NCBI GenBank assembly: GCA_963665115.1
Contig: OY762007.1
Span: forward strand, 7,744,001 to 7,808,000
Length of the DNA stretch: 64,000 nucleotides
Origin: an uncultured Rivularia sp.
GTDB taxonomy: Bacteria > Cyanobacteriota > Cyanobacteriia > Cyanobacteriales > Nostocaceae
Direction: 5' to 3'
The position numbers and the translations under genes are program-made. Shown here one piece after another: positions 1-11,023 of the stretch (the stretch's first letter is position 1; each line of letters starts with the position of its first letter). The notes under the pieces were generated by a model that was not told the DNA's origin, ran no database searches, and worked only from the letters and a program-made list of their open reading frames with translations.

Positions 1-376
1 AATTATATCCCGTGTTATCTTCATAAGATATTGCAAATTGGGATGCCACCTTCGAGAGCATATGGCTTTTAAATTCTCGAATTGTGCTTTCTCGGATTGC
101 TGGATTCTCAGACAAGAGACGTTCTAAAGCGGCATCAAGGTCAATCGCGTCTAATGATGGTATAAGAAAATCGTAGGTCAAAGTTGGCTCAAGATCGAAA
201 AGATCGGCTTCAATATCGGAAATATGAACAATTGTTTCCGCCACGTTTCGTACAAAATTTGACCTATACAAAGAAGTCTCGAATGATTGAGCTTTCCTCG
301 CGACTCCATCCAATAATTTACTGGCGTTTCTAAGATCCACAAGTAGAGATTCAATATTCTGTTTGTGCTGTGTCAT
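1..376 (-). CDS. Hypothetical protein, runs off the left edge (MTQHKQNIESLLVDLRNASKLLDGVARKAQSFETSLYRSNFVRNV...)
   Basis: ATG at 376-374; manual translation shows an open frame toward base 1; absent from the ORF track because the stop lies outside the window. Confidence 0.65.
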   Translation of the reverse strand, partial: MTQHKQNIESLLVDLRNASKLLDGVARKAQSFETSLYRSNFVRNVAETIVHISDIEADLFDLEPTLTYDFLIPSLDAIDLDAALERLLSENPAIRESTIREFKSHMLSKVASQFAISYEDNTGYN

Positions 377-403
377 AGCAAATTTTTTGACATAGATTTG
401 AAC

Positions 404-545
404 TTTTACATCCGAGCCAAATGATATTATTCATCCACAATTATAATGTTGGTTTACGACACGATTAAGATAAATTCTTATGAAAAATTCAATTTGCTTT
501 ATGTCCTCCGGACACGCTTTGCTTTTCGTGTCTAACCCAACCTAC
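404..545. repeat. ~140-bp REP/REPIN-like repeat, copy 1
   Basis: Near-identical to 1607-1748 and 1400-1515; internal inverted repeat TGTTGGTTTACGACACG...CGTGTCTAACCCAACCTAC ending in CTAC (GTAG on minus). Confidence 0.85.
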
Positions 546-608
546 TAACAAAATCTAGTAATTTCCCATTTCATTAAGTTACAGCATCTCTTAGGAATAA
601 ATAGGGCT

Positions 609-1307
609 TTATAACTGCTCCGGATCGATACCTTTTTCCTGTAACTTTTTCAATAAATCCTGATAGCGTTGTTTTTCTACTTCTAATTGCGAAAGTGCAG
701 CATCCGCACGCTGACGCTCTTGTTCTCGTTGTTGTGCAAGTTCAACGGAAGTCAGAAATTTTTCTCCATCAGGACGATAAATTTCTAAGGTTTGAGGTGT
801 TAACTGAAACTTTATACCTAAAAGAGGACTCACCCAACCGTCCATCTCTTCAATCACTTCTAACCTATTTTCCTCTGCTTCTTTAATTTTTAACCAGCCA
901 TTTAAGTCAATTTTGTTAGGATCGTAAATGTAATATTCCTCAACTCCATAGCGTTCGTAAAATTTTAATTTTTTTGCCATTTCCTTGAGAGTATTACCAG
1001 GAGACAGAATTTCAAATACTACTTGTACGGGGATATCTTCCTCTTCCCATTGTTTATAAGAACCTCTATCTCCTTTAGGTCTACCAAAAACAACCAAAAT
1101 ATCGGGAGCTTGACGGGTTAATTCCCCCGATACCGGATACCATAGCAAATCACCAGCGACGAAAACATCAGGTTGCGACGCAAACAATATTTCCAGATTT
1201 TCCTTAATAGTGACTATCCATTGGAATTGCTTGGTGTTATCAGCCATTGGTTGTCCGTCACTATCGGGGTAGATGATATTGGTTGGGGTTTCTGGTGTCA
1301 GTACCAT
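609..1307 (-). CDS. Uma2 family (DUF820) PD-(D/E)XK endonuclease-like protein
   Basis: YPDSDGQPMADNT, APDILVVFG, VVFEILSPGN, YERYGVEEYYIYDP; coiled-coil tail. Confidence 0.92.
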   Translation of the reverse strand: MVLTPETPTNIIYPDSDGQPMADNTKQFQWIVTIKENLEILFASQPDVFVAGDLLWYPVSGELTRQAPDILVVFGRPKGDRGSYKQWEEEDIPVQVVFEILSPGNTLKEMAKKLKFYERYGVEEYYIYDPNKIDLNGWLKIKEAEENRLEVIEEMDGWVSPLLGIKFQLTPQTLEIYRPDGEKFLTSVELAQQREQERQRADAALSQLEVEKQRYQDLLKKLQEKGIDPEQL

Positions 1308-1399
1308 AGGTATTAACCCTGCGCGAATATTTAAAGTTAGATACTTTATTCTAATTTATTTTTCTTTAGTAACCCAACATTGTCTTATTAGTATTTTAC

Positions 1400-1515
1400 T
1401 ATTCATCCAGAATTCTGATGTTGGTTTACGACACTTAGAAAATACATTTTCGTTACAAATTCAAATTACTTTATGTCCTCCGAACACGCTTCGCTAACGT
1501 GTCTAACTAACCTAC
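1400..1515. repeat. ~140-bp repeat, copy 2 (5'-truncated, diverged)
   Basis: TATTCATCCAGAATTCTGATGTTGGTTTACGACAC...ATGTCCTCCGAACACGCTTCGCTAACGTGTCTAACTAACCTAC. Confidence 0.8.
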
Positions 1516-1606
1516 CGTCTTATTAATAATTGTTAATTAATAAACCAGCGTGATTAATATTTTGGATTAACTTTGAAGAAGCAACAATTATCGGTATTCT
1601 ATAATA

Positions 1607-1748
1607 TTTTACATCTGAGCAAAAATAATATTATTCATCCAGAATTCTGATGTTGGGTTACGACACGATTAAGATAAATTCTTATTACAAATTCAAATTG
1701 CTTTATGTCCTCCGGACACGCTTCGCTAACGTGTCTAACCCAACCTAC
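1607..1748. repeat. ~140-bp repeat, copy 3
   Basis: Colinear with copy 1 over 142 bp. Confidence 0.85.
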
Positions 1749-1772
1749 AAATTATTATTAATTGTTTATTGA

Positions 1773-1879
1773 TACAGCATATTTCATCTTTGTGTGGTAC
1801 ATTCGGACGGGCAGGGATGCCCATCCCACAAGAGTTTTGTAATATGAGGCTGTACCTCACTTGTTTGCAAAGTGCTGTA
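1773..1879. mobile_element. MITE-like element with TACAGCA...TGCTGTA termini and internal palindrome
   Basis: Terminal inverted repeat; core ACATTCGGACGGGCAGGGATGCCCATCCCACAAGAG recurs inverted at ~6030-6107. Confidence 0.65.
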
Positions 1880-1891
1880 ATTGATAATTGA

Positions 1892-4238
1892 TTACTGATA
1901 AACCAACCGTCTTGCTTTCCCATCATCTATAAATTCTTGTTCTCCCTTACCTATCACTTCAACAATTATTTTTCGTTCGTCGGGATTCCAATCCCCTTTC
2001 CTTTCTCCAATTTCAACTACTACCCGATCTGCTTCTAAATCAACTTTATATTGTGTAGTACAAATTTCACCGTCGCGATATGCAAATGTATTTCCGTCGT
2101 CTTCATACAAGGTAAATTCTCCTTTACCCGGTGCAACTAACAACCGCATTTCATTTACTGGTAATTCTTCAGCGTATTGCATTACTGGAATTAAAGGAAT
2201 AATCGCACCTTCTTTAATAAATAAAGGCATTTTTTCTAAAGGTGCATCAATCAAGATGTGTTGCAAACCTTGATAGGATTTTCTACTCCACCAGTCATAC
2301 CAGGTACCTTCAGGTAAATATACCATGCGATTTTCTACCCCTGGACGATAGATTGGTGCTGCCATTATCGAAGAACCTATTAATACTTGGTCGTATAGTT
2401 CGTAGGTTTTAGAATCGTTAGGATAATGATAAAGTAAAGGACGTAAAACAGGTTCGCCTTTTGTCGCTGCTTGCCAAAATAAAGTATAGAAATAAGCTAA
2501 TAATTGGTAGCGTAATTCGATATATTTACGACAAATATCTTCAACTTCTTGACCAAATTCCCAAGGTTCGTGACGCTTGGTATAAATCATTGAATGGGCA
2601 CGCATCAATGGGTAAAGCATTCCTACCTGCATCCAGCGAGCGAATAATTCTTGTGTGGCATCTCCCGCAAATCCACCGATATCTGCACCAACAAAAGCAA
2701 CACCGGATAATCCTAAATTACACAGCATCGGTAAGGATATTTCTAGATATTCCCACTTGGAATGATTATCACCAGTCCAAACCGCCGAATAATGCTGCAC
2801 TCCCGCAAAACCGGAACGAGTCAACACAAATGAACGTTTATCCGAACGCAATTTCTGCAACCCTTCATAGGAAGCACGCGCCATATTCATTCCGTATAAA
2901 TTATGGGTTTCCTTCCAAGTTGTTTTATCTTCCCCATCACCGGAAGATGCATCCATCGGAAAGGTAATTTTAATTCCTTCCAAATCTCCGAAAGGTTGAT
3001 TATTTAAAGCTGGTTCGTTCATATCATTCCAAATACCAGCCACACCCACATCGGTAAGATTATGCTGTAATTTTCCCCACCATTCCCGCACCTCAGCACG
3101 CATAAAATCTGGGAAAACTGCTCTATCGGGCCATACATAACCGTGGAACACTTTGCCATCTGCCCTACGGATGAAATAATCTTTTTCTAAACCTTCATCG
3201 CAAACTTGATAATCTGCCTCTGGGTCAAATTTTACTCCTGGATCGATAATATTAACAACTTTGATACCCTGCTGTGATAACTCTTCTATTAACTTTTTAG
3301 GATTGGGAAACCGCTGTTTATTCCAAGTAAATACCCGGAAACCCTGCATATAATCGATATCTAAGTGGATGACATCGCAGGGAATATGGCGATCGCGCAA
3401 CTGTTTGACTAATTCCCTTACTTCCGCTTCCGAATTGTAACTCCAACGGCATTGATGATAACCCAAAGCCCATCGTGGTGGTAAGGGCATTCTTCCGGTA
3501 AGCTGGGTATAGGTTTCAAGGATTGTTGCGGGTTCGGGGCCATAAATAATATAGTAATCGAGTTCGTTGTCTTGGGTTTTTAATTGCAAAGTATTTACTT
3601 CGCTAGCACCGACATCAAACTGACTCCGAAAAGTAGTATTGAAAAACAAACCATAACCAACATTTGGACGCAAAGACATAAAAAACGGAATCGCTTGGTA
3701 CATCTCATCCGTCAGCATCGTGTAATCCAAACTGTCTGTCGTCCAATTTGTTAAAAGCTTACCACGCTGATTCAACAATCCCGAACGTTCGCCGAAACCG
3801 TAAAATTTTTCCTCTGTGGTAATTTCTTTCCAATTAGAAATTTCACCTTTACGATAACCAATTCCCAAATCTGTATCGTGCGCGAAAGGATTCCCCGATT
3901 TATCAAAACACTTTATCCGACAGGGATTTCGTAGGGACGTGAACCTTAATTTTTTCAGTTTCGATAATTATTTGTTCGTTAGTTTCTTGAATATCGAAAT
4001 TAACAACATTCCATTCTTCATCTGGTAAATTTACAGCCCAAGAGCGTCTCGGTGTCAACTCCCCCGTAGGAGAAAAGCGGACTCGAATCAAATTATTTGC
4101 AAGAATAGTTAAAGTAAGAGGAGAATTATCACCGCAGTCGAAATATATTTCTTTGTCATTGCGTTGGAAACTTTGTACTGAGGATATAGAATTCCAAGCA
4201 GGTTCAGAAATGGGGAGTTGTCCGATAAATTCAGGCAT
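1892..4238 (-). CDS. Glycoside hydrolase family 31 (alpha-glucosidase), split by +1 frameshift at ~3935
   Basis: HLDIDYM, GIWNDMNEP nucleophile motif, WTGDN; removing one G from GGG 3934-3936 joins ORFs 3903-4238 and 1892-3868. Confidence 0.92.
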
Positions 4239-4409
4239 ATTATCAGGAAGTTGGGCTAATATGCAATCTACAATAACTTGAATTGGAGATGACTAAAAGA
4301 GGTTTTGAGATAGTTTTGTAAGTATAGGTTTCTTCACAAAATATATAAGAAAAAACACGGCGTATTTATGATATATGATAAACACAAACTATATATTTAG
4401 TCTCTACAG

Positions 4410-5576
4410 ATGAAATATTATCAAGCGGTAATACCCGCGATAGTAGGAACATCGCTGGTTATTTTACAATGTGAAACGGCAAACGCTTTATCGTCGCAAG
4501 AAGTGGCGAAGATTGCTCAAGGGATTACTGTATTAATTGATTACAAAGATAATCCTCATAATGGTTCCGGCGTAATTATTCAGAAAGAGGGGAACACTTA
4601 TACTATTTTGACTGCCGCTCATGTGGTAGAAAACCCAAACCGAAAATATGAAATTGTTACTCCTGATAAGAAGCGTTATTCTCTAAATCACAGCACCGTT
4701 AAAGTGCTACCCAATCAAATAGATTTAGCTGTTGTTACATTTACTAGCAACAACAATTACAAAGTCGCATCTATTGGTAACTCCGACACCAGCGAAAGGG
4801 GCACGGTAGCCTATATAAGCGGCTTTCCAGAGAAAAATGCAGTTATCAACGAATCAATTCTTACCTTTACTGAAGGCAAGATAGCTGCTAATTCCAATCT
4901 AAAAAATGGTTATGCTTTGGTTTACGATATTACTACCAAAGGGGGGATGAGTGGCGGTGCGGTATTAAACGATGCGGGTAAGCTAATCGGTATTCATGGT
5001 AGAGGAGATATCAGTTACGATGAACAAACCGATACCATTCAAAAAAGCGGTTTGAATTTAGGTATTCCTATCAACACATTTGTAAGACTTTCAACCCAAG
5101 TAGCCGTAAATACCGGAGTAACTGCATCCCCTGTAGTTGCAACTTCCTCAGTCAAAGCTGAGGATTTACTTGCAAGAGGTGTTAATAAAAATCTGTATGG
5201 GAACCATACTGGAGCAATTGCTGATTTTACGCAAGCTATCAACCTTAATCCTCAATATGCTGAAGCATTTTTGGGAAGGGGTAATGCTCGCATTAAATTA
5301 AAGGATTACCAAAGTGCAATCAATGACTTAAACCAAGCTATTAAAATTAATCCGTTAGATGCTGATGCTTATAGCAACCGAAGTGTTGCTCGTACTAAAT
5401 TAGGAGATATACAAGGGGGAGCAAATGATATGAAAATATCAACTGAACTACTTTTACAACAGCAACGAGAATTTCAAGATAGAATGAGTAAAATTAAAGA
5501 AGACCATGAATATAGACAGCGTTTTATGGAAGAACTTAGACGAGAAGCAGAAAATAACAAAAATTCCTTTAATTGA
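4410..5576 (+). CDS. Secreted trypsin-like serine protease with C-terminal TPR repeats
   Basis: Signal-like N-terminus; triad motifs LTAAHVV, DLAVV, GMSGG; TPRs (AIADFTQAINLNP, AINDLNQAIKINP). Confidence 0.88.
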   Translation: MKYYQAVIPAIVGTSLVILQCETANALSSQEVAKIAQGITVLIDYKDNPHNGSGVIIQKEGNTYTILTAAHVVENPNRKYEIVTPDKKRYSLNHSTVKVLPNQIDLAVVTFTSNNNYKVASIGNSDTSERGTVAYISGFPEKNAVINESILTFTEGKIAANSNLKNGYALVYDITTKGGMSGGAVLNDAGKLIGIHGRGDISYDEQTDTIQKSGLNLGIPINTFVRLSTQVAVNTGVTASPVVATSSVKAEDLLARGVNKNLYGNHTGAIADFTQAINLNPQYAEAFLGRGNARIKLKDYQSAINDLNQAIKINPLDADAYSNRSVARTKLGDIQGGANDMKISTELLLQQQREFQDRMSKIKEDHEYRQRFMEELRREAENNKNSFN

Positions 5577-5753
5577 ACTACTCAAATAAAATCTAAAAAT
5601 TCAACGGTAATTATAGCAGCTGATTCGTTTCATTAAACAAATTATATTATACCTGTAGTTAAAGCGATCGCCCTATTAACTGGCGCTGCGAATAATCGCA
5701 TGGGGGAAGGCGATCGCTATTCCCCCAGTTTAAAAATTTAGTTAGATTGTCAG

Positions 5754-5957
5754 TTAATCTGACTTGGGATGCCAGTTGCCATCTTCACCTTTTACATAAT
5801 CGCGCTTTACTGCTGCCCAAGCAAGTTTAAATGCCGTTTCTTCTTCGTCGTATTCTTCAATCGCATTGTTAAACGCAGCTAAAAATATTTCATTCGCGTG
5901 TTTGGGTAAATGATTCTTGACGCTATCAGGTAAGTCTTTAATGTCTTGATAAGGCAT
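5754..5957 (-). CDS. chaB: ChaB family protein
   Basis: MPY..DLPDSVKNHLPKHA..IFLAAFN..AWAAVKRDY..GNW ChaB signature. Confidence 0.88.
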   Translation of the reverse strand: MPYQDIKDLPDSVKNHLPKHANEIFLAAFNNAIEEYDEEETAFKLAWAAVKRDYVKGEDGNWHPKSD

Positions 5958-5980
5958 ATTAATAAAAGTGCAATGATGCT

Positions 5981-6141
5981 TACAACATTTTCCTTTTATC
6001 TACGAAAGCGTGTACTTTTCATCAATCTTGGCTTATATTATAAAACTCTTGTGGGATGGGCATCCCTGCCCGTCCGAATGTACCTCACTAAGATAAAAGA
6101 TGCTTTATGGTGCGTTGCGCTGTCGCGACAACACACCCTAC
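5981..6141. repeat. Degenerate inverted copy of the 1773-1879 element, followed by a GTAG-type REP palindrome
   Basis: 6030-6107 matches the reverse complement of ~1773-1853; TGGTGCGTTG...CAACACACCCTAC at 6108-6141. Confidence 0.7.
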
Positions 6142-6167
6142 AAAATCAAACCTTTAACCTTTGACCT

Positions 6168-7736
6168 CTAACCTTCTTCTAAAACATCCTGCAATAAAGG
6201 TGCAAGCTCTTGATTTAATCGACCATTTCGGACAAATTCGGCATAAGTATCAGCTTCTACTGCTAATAGTTCATTCCGCAGTTGTTCGCTGGCAAATTCT
6301 CGTAAGCTGGGATGCTCAATCTGTAATTTATTGATTTTTTCTGATATATTACTCAGTTCTCCTTTTATTAATGCTTCCTGGTAGCGACAAAATTCCATAT
6401 CAAGTCCGGGGCGTTCGTCGTCTACTTCATCTAAGTATTTGAGAACTCGTTGTAGGGCATTTTCACGCGCTACGAACTGCATATATTCTTGACGTAAAGG
6501 TTGATCGCCAAGAAGATTTAGTTGTTTTAGTAAAGGTTTTGTAGTTAATCCTTGTACTAATAAAGTAAATAAAACTACGCCAAATACTGTAGAAATAATG
6601 TCTTCTCTTTCGTTTCCTAAAATAGTCGGTACGCTCAACGCTAGAGCAATAGAAACCGAACCCCGCAAACCTCCCCACCAAAGTATTGTTTGTTCCGCTA
6701 AACTAATATTGGAATTAGCTACGCGATTGCTGAAGAAACCTAAAGCGTAAACGGAGATTAATCTCGATAAAATCATTCCCGCAATTGTTACGCCGATAAT
6801 TAATAAGTTATCTGCTAAATTTGAGAATCGTATTTGATCGCCGATTAATAAGAAAACAATTGAGTTAACAAAGAAAGCTACAAATTCCCAAAATTCGCTA
6901 ACAATTACTCTCGTGCGCGGGTTCATGCCGATTCGGGAACCAAAGTTACCTAAAATTAAACCACAAGTTACAACACCAATTACACCAGATCCGCCAAATT
7001 CTTCAGCAATGATATAGGTACCGTAAGCTGACACCAATGTTAAAGATTGTTCTACCAAAGGTAAATCGAATCTTTGAGTTAGATAAGAGATACCAAAACC
7101 AATTAAACCACCAACTGCCAGCCCGATACCAACAACGCTAATTAATTCTAAAACTACTTCTGATACTCCTAGTTTTGCGGTTCCCAAAGGTAGCGCAACT
7201 AAGAAACTAAAAGCAACAACGGCCATACCGTCATTGAACAAACTTTCCCCTTCCATTAAAGTACTAAGGCGTTTGTCAACTCCTAATTCGCGAAACAAAG
7301 CAGTTACGGAAACCGGATCTGTAGCAGAAAGGCTTGCACCAACTAGTAAAGCTGTGGTTATAGGCAATCCGGCAACTTGATTTAAACCAAACGCCACGCC
7401 AATAATAGAAATTACTACTCCGACAACAGCATAAAGAGTTATAGGAAAGAAATCTCGTTTCAAATTCGACCACTTTAAATTCCATGCTGCCTCAAATAAT
7501 AAAGGAGGCAGGAAAATTGCCAGGATTAATTCGGGTGAAAGATTTACTAAGCGTACATCAACGAACGCCAAACCTAAACCGGCGATTACCAACAATAAAG
7601 TGTAAGGTATTTGGCGAAACCAGCTAAAAACTTGCGGTAATGTCGCCACACTTAGAGATACAGACAGTACTAAGAGAAATTGTTTGAGATTTTGTTCGAT
7701 ACCGACGGCTTCACCCACCGCATTTTCGATTGCCAT
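6168..7736 (-). CDS. Na+/H+ antiporter, CPA1 (NhaP/NhaS1-like) family
   Basis: FLPPLLFEAA, SATDPVSV, GESLFNDG, GLRGSVSIALAL; about 12 hydrophobic segments. Confidence 0.93.
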   Translation of the reverse strand: MAIENAVGEAVGIEQNLKQFLLVLSVSLSVATLPQVFSWFRQIPYTLLLVIAGLGLAFVDVRLVNLSPELILAIFLPPLLFEAAWNLKWSNLKRDFFPITLYAVVGVVISIIGVAFGLNQVAGLPITTALLVGASLSATDPVSVTALFRELGVDKRLSTLMEGESLFNDGMAVVAFSFLVALPLGTAKLGVSEVVLELISVVGIGLAVGGLIGFGISYLTQRFDLPLVEQSLTLVSAYGTYIIAEEFGGSGVIGVVTCGLILGNFGSRIGMNPRTRVIVSEFWEFVAFFVNSIVFLLIGDQIRFSNLADNLLIIGVTIAGMILSRLISVYALGFFSNRVANSNISLAEQTILWWGGLRGSVSIALALSVPTILGNEREDIISTVFGVVLFTLLVQGLTTKPLLKQLNLLGDQPLRQEYMQFVARENALQRVLKYLDEVDDERPGLDMEFCRYQEALIKGELSNISEKINKLQIEHPSLREFASEQLRNELLAVEADTYAEFVRNGRLNQELAPLLQDVLEEG

Positions 7737-7874
7737 AGCCTTTAATTGTAGATTTTTGCATTTGCTGTACCCAGATGTTTATATTTGGCTGTGAATGTCG
7801 CTTTCTTACGAGCATCTGCCAAACATTTGAGGTTGCAACAATCCATTTTAGGCGCTTGTTAGGCATTTTTATTA

Positions 7875-8723
7875 TCAGGATTCACGTAAACCAAAAATGT
7901 TTAACTGCATATCCATACCATTTAATACATCAATAGTATGCAAAGGTTGCGGAGATTGACATAATGTTTGAACATAAATTCTAAAACCTGCCTTACTTAA
8001 AATATTAATTAAAACATCTAAGGATTGAGGTTTATCGGCAAATGAGTGATACTCAACAAATATATTTTTAACATTAACAAGTTCTGATTGACAGTCTTTT
8101 AAAACTTCAGTTTCAGCACCTTCAATATCTATTTTTAGAAAGTCTACAGGTTGTTTTAAATAATCGCTTAGGCGAACTGTGGGAACTTGATATTTCTTCA
8201 AGTCCGATTGTTCCTCAGATAATCTTCCGGCATCTGAACCTTCCGATGTAAATTCTAGAAATCCTTCCGACTTCCAAACGGCTTTTCTATTTAGTTCTAT
8301 ATCAGAAATATTAAAGTTTTTGATGTTTTCCTCTAAAGTATTGAAAACATTTAAGTCTGGTTCAAATGCTATGATACGGCTTCCAGGATACAATCTCTTT
8401 AAATATAAAATACTCAGACCAATATTAGCTCCACAATCGATAATTAAAGGATTATTAGTTTTGGAGTTAAAATTATAAATCTCTGAGTCAAAAATTTCAT
8501 AATATGTCCACAAAAATGAAGCAGAATCAACTAACTTAAATATTTTCCCAAATAAATCGATCGATGTTTCTGTATATCTTGGAGTCAACGCTAGCTTTAA
8601 TAATTTGAGCTTCAAGTTAATCTGTGATAATTGAAACTTCCATTTATGAGGAATAATAAATAGCTTAACTAAAGACTTAAATAAAGATAAAAAATAGTTT
8701 GAGGAATCAATTTGTAAAGTCAT
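7875..8723 (-). CDS. FkbM family SAM-dependent methyltransferase
   Basis: IIDCGANIG, AFEP, LKIDIEGAE, FVEYH. Confidence 0.9.
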   Translation of the reverse strand: MTLQIDSSNYFLSLFKSLVKLFIIPHKWKFQLSQINLKLKLLKLALTPRYTETSIDLFGKIFKLVDSASFLWTYYEIFDSEIYNFNSKTNNPLIIDCGANIGLSILYLKRLYPGSRIIAFEPDLNVFNTLEENIKNFNISDIELNRKAVWKSEGFLEFTSEGSDAGRLSEEQSDLKKYQVPTVRLSDYLKQPVDFLKIDIEGAETEVLKDCQSELVNVKNIFVEYHSFADKPQSLDVLINILSKAGFRIYVQTLCQSPQPLHTIDVLNGMDMQLNIFGLRES

Positions 8724-8918
8724 GTTTTCTCCTTTGATTCAATACATATATAATTTTTTCAACACTGTTTTGAACTAATTATACTTGTATTTTGCTTTCA
8801 GAGGATATTCCTCAAGCAAATCTTTATACTCGAAACCCCCAATTACCTGAAGAACGAAATTGCCAATTCTTCATTGATAATTAATACACACCCCCACCAC
8901 GGCGATCGCTGATAATTG

Positions 8919-10935
8919 TTAGTTAGACACTTCTTGTAAACGTTGCTTATAAGGTTTCGCAGAAGTTTCGACACCATTTACTACTAAACCTAATACTTGA
9001 GCCTGATGTTCCATTAATTGCTGCAAACTATCGCGAAACTGAGTTACTAAAACTCATACCCGGTTTGACAATAAACAATACATTCTTGATTTGAGCCGTC
9101 ATTAATGGTGTCGCGGATGTGGCACTTACGGGAGCGGTATCAACTAAAACATAGTCGTATTTATCGTCAGATTCAGCATCTGCTAGCGCTTGTTTAAATT
9201 TTCCCTGGGATACCATTTTTACAATGTTGCCGTTTTGTGGTGTTGCAGGCAATAAATCCAAATTCGGTTCGATAGGAATAACCGTTGTTATATGGGGTAA
9301 TTTAGCGAAACCCAAATTTTGAGTCAATTCTGCTCGGATAAAATCGCCATCAACTACCAGCACTCGAAAACCCAAATCTACTAATGCTTTTGCTAATCCT
9401 AAAGTTATAGTTGTTTTACCTTCACCTTCCATCGCGCTGGTAATTAATAGATGAGGATTATTTAAAGGTTGTAAACTCAGCGCTGAAGCAAGACGTTGAA
9501 ATTTTACTTCTTTATCATCATCTGTTAATTCTGCATCTTTGATGCGGGGAATAGAAACAACCATTGGGAATTGCATATCTTGTAAGTCTTTGGGACTTAA
9601 TAATGGGTTGCGTCTTTCTAATAATAAGATTAAGGCAACACTACCAATGATTCCCGCCAACAAAGCATTTAAAATCATTAAGGACTTCTTAGGAGAAACA
9701 GGTTTGTTCTCAGCTCTGGGTGCATCTAATATTTCAACATTAGGATAAACATCAAAAACATCGATATTAGTTTGCTGTACCTGAGCGACTAAACCTTTAT
9801 AAACCCCCTCTGCAACGTCAACGTTGCGCTGAAGTTCTGATAATCTTTTTTGTTGTTCGGGAATTGAATTTAAATTCGTTGTTAGTTGATTTATTTGATT
9901 TTGTATCAGTTGAGCGCGTTTTTGCTGACCGGATGCTTCAGTTTCTGCCAAAATTAATTGTTCAATCAAACCAGCGCGTCCTTCTCCTTGACTGCTTACT
10001 GTAGTATCGATAGAAGCTCCAGCAGCCGCAGTTTGAATTTGGTTTTGCATCCGACTGAATAATACTTGCTGCTCTTGTAACAGTTCTTGAACAACGGGAT
10101 GATTATCTGTATATTTAGTACGTAGACGGGCTAGATCGGTTTTAATTTGTGATAGTTTATCTCTAATAAATTGATAGTCTTTGTTTTCACCCAAGCTTAA
10201 AGAACGAATTGCTTGGTTCGGCGACATTTGTAAACGAATTGATAAAGTATTAACGCGATTCTGATTGTATTCGGCTTGTGATAATGCTTCTAACTGAGCT
10301 TTTGTTAAACTGTCAATGGTAGTTACAATTGCTTTTGTTTGTTCCGGAGAATCAACTAAAGCACTAGCTTGTTTAAATTTTGCTAATGTTTGTTGTGCCA
10401 AAATCAAATTATTTTTAGCAATTTCTAATTCGTCAGCACTAAATTCTCTTTTTGATAAACGGTTTTGTTTGCGAAGTTGTTTGAGTCGCTGCTGAAACAA
10501 AGTAATGTGATTATTTGCTCGTAATTCTGCTAATTCTGGAGTAGAACCCTTTACATCTACATAAAGAATACGCGAACTTTCGTCAACGTTAACTTGGAAC
10601 AGCGATTTATAACTAGATAATCCTTTAAATTTCTTTTTTTGTGGATCTATACTTAGTACCTTTTCGATTAAAGTATCGCTAGTTAGAATACTTTGCTGCA
10701 TTTGCAATTGACTATCGCTATTTGCAGAAATGCCAGAATCTCCTTTTTTTAAAGAACCCAAAATTCCCAAACTAGCATCTAAATTGCCATTTGTTCCGGG
10801 CATTGTCAATTGTGTTGTTGCATTCCACACGCGGGGTGTAACCGCAGCAATATAACTAACTAAGCCTAAAACTAATAGGTTCCAAAGTAGTACAGGTTTC
10901 CAATGTCTAATGGCGATCGCAGTTATTTTATTCAT
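8919..10935 (-). CDS. GumC/Wzc-like polysaccharide co-polymerase with kinase-like domain (copy B), +1 frameshift at ~9037
   Basis: Two TM segments flanking coiled coil; GEGKTT, VDGD, VDTAP; removing one A from 9036-9038 restores ..DSLQQLMEHQAQVLGLVVNGVET.., matching paralog 17735-19762; stop at 8919. Confidence 0.88.
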
Positions 10936-11023
10936 AATATTAATCAGTTATTAGTTAACAGTGAGCAGTGAGCAGTTATCAATTATCAATTATCAATTAC
11001 CAATTAACAATTACCTCTTACCT

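Noticed and set aside
404..1748. CRISPR array
   Set aside because: Repeats are ~140 bp with very unequal, gene-sized spacing and no cas genes.
9539..9748. Conserved antisense ORF pair (9539-9748 and 18339-18578)
   Set aside because: The similarity simply reflects the duplicated gumC genes on the other strand.
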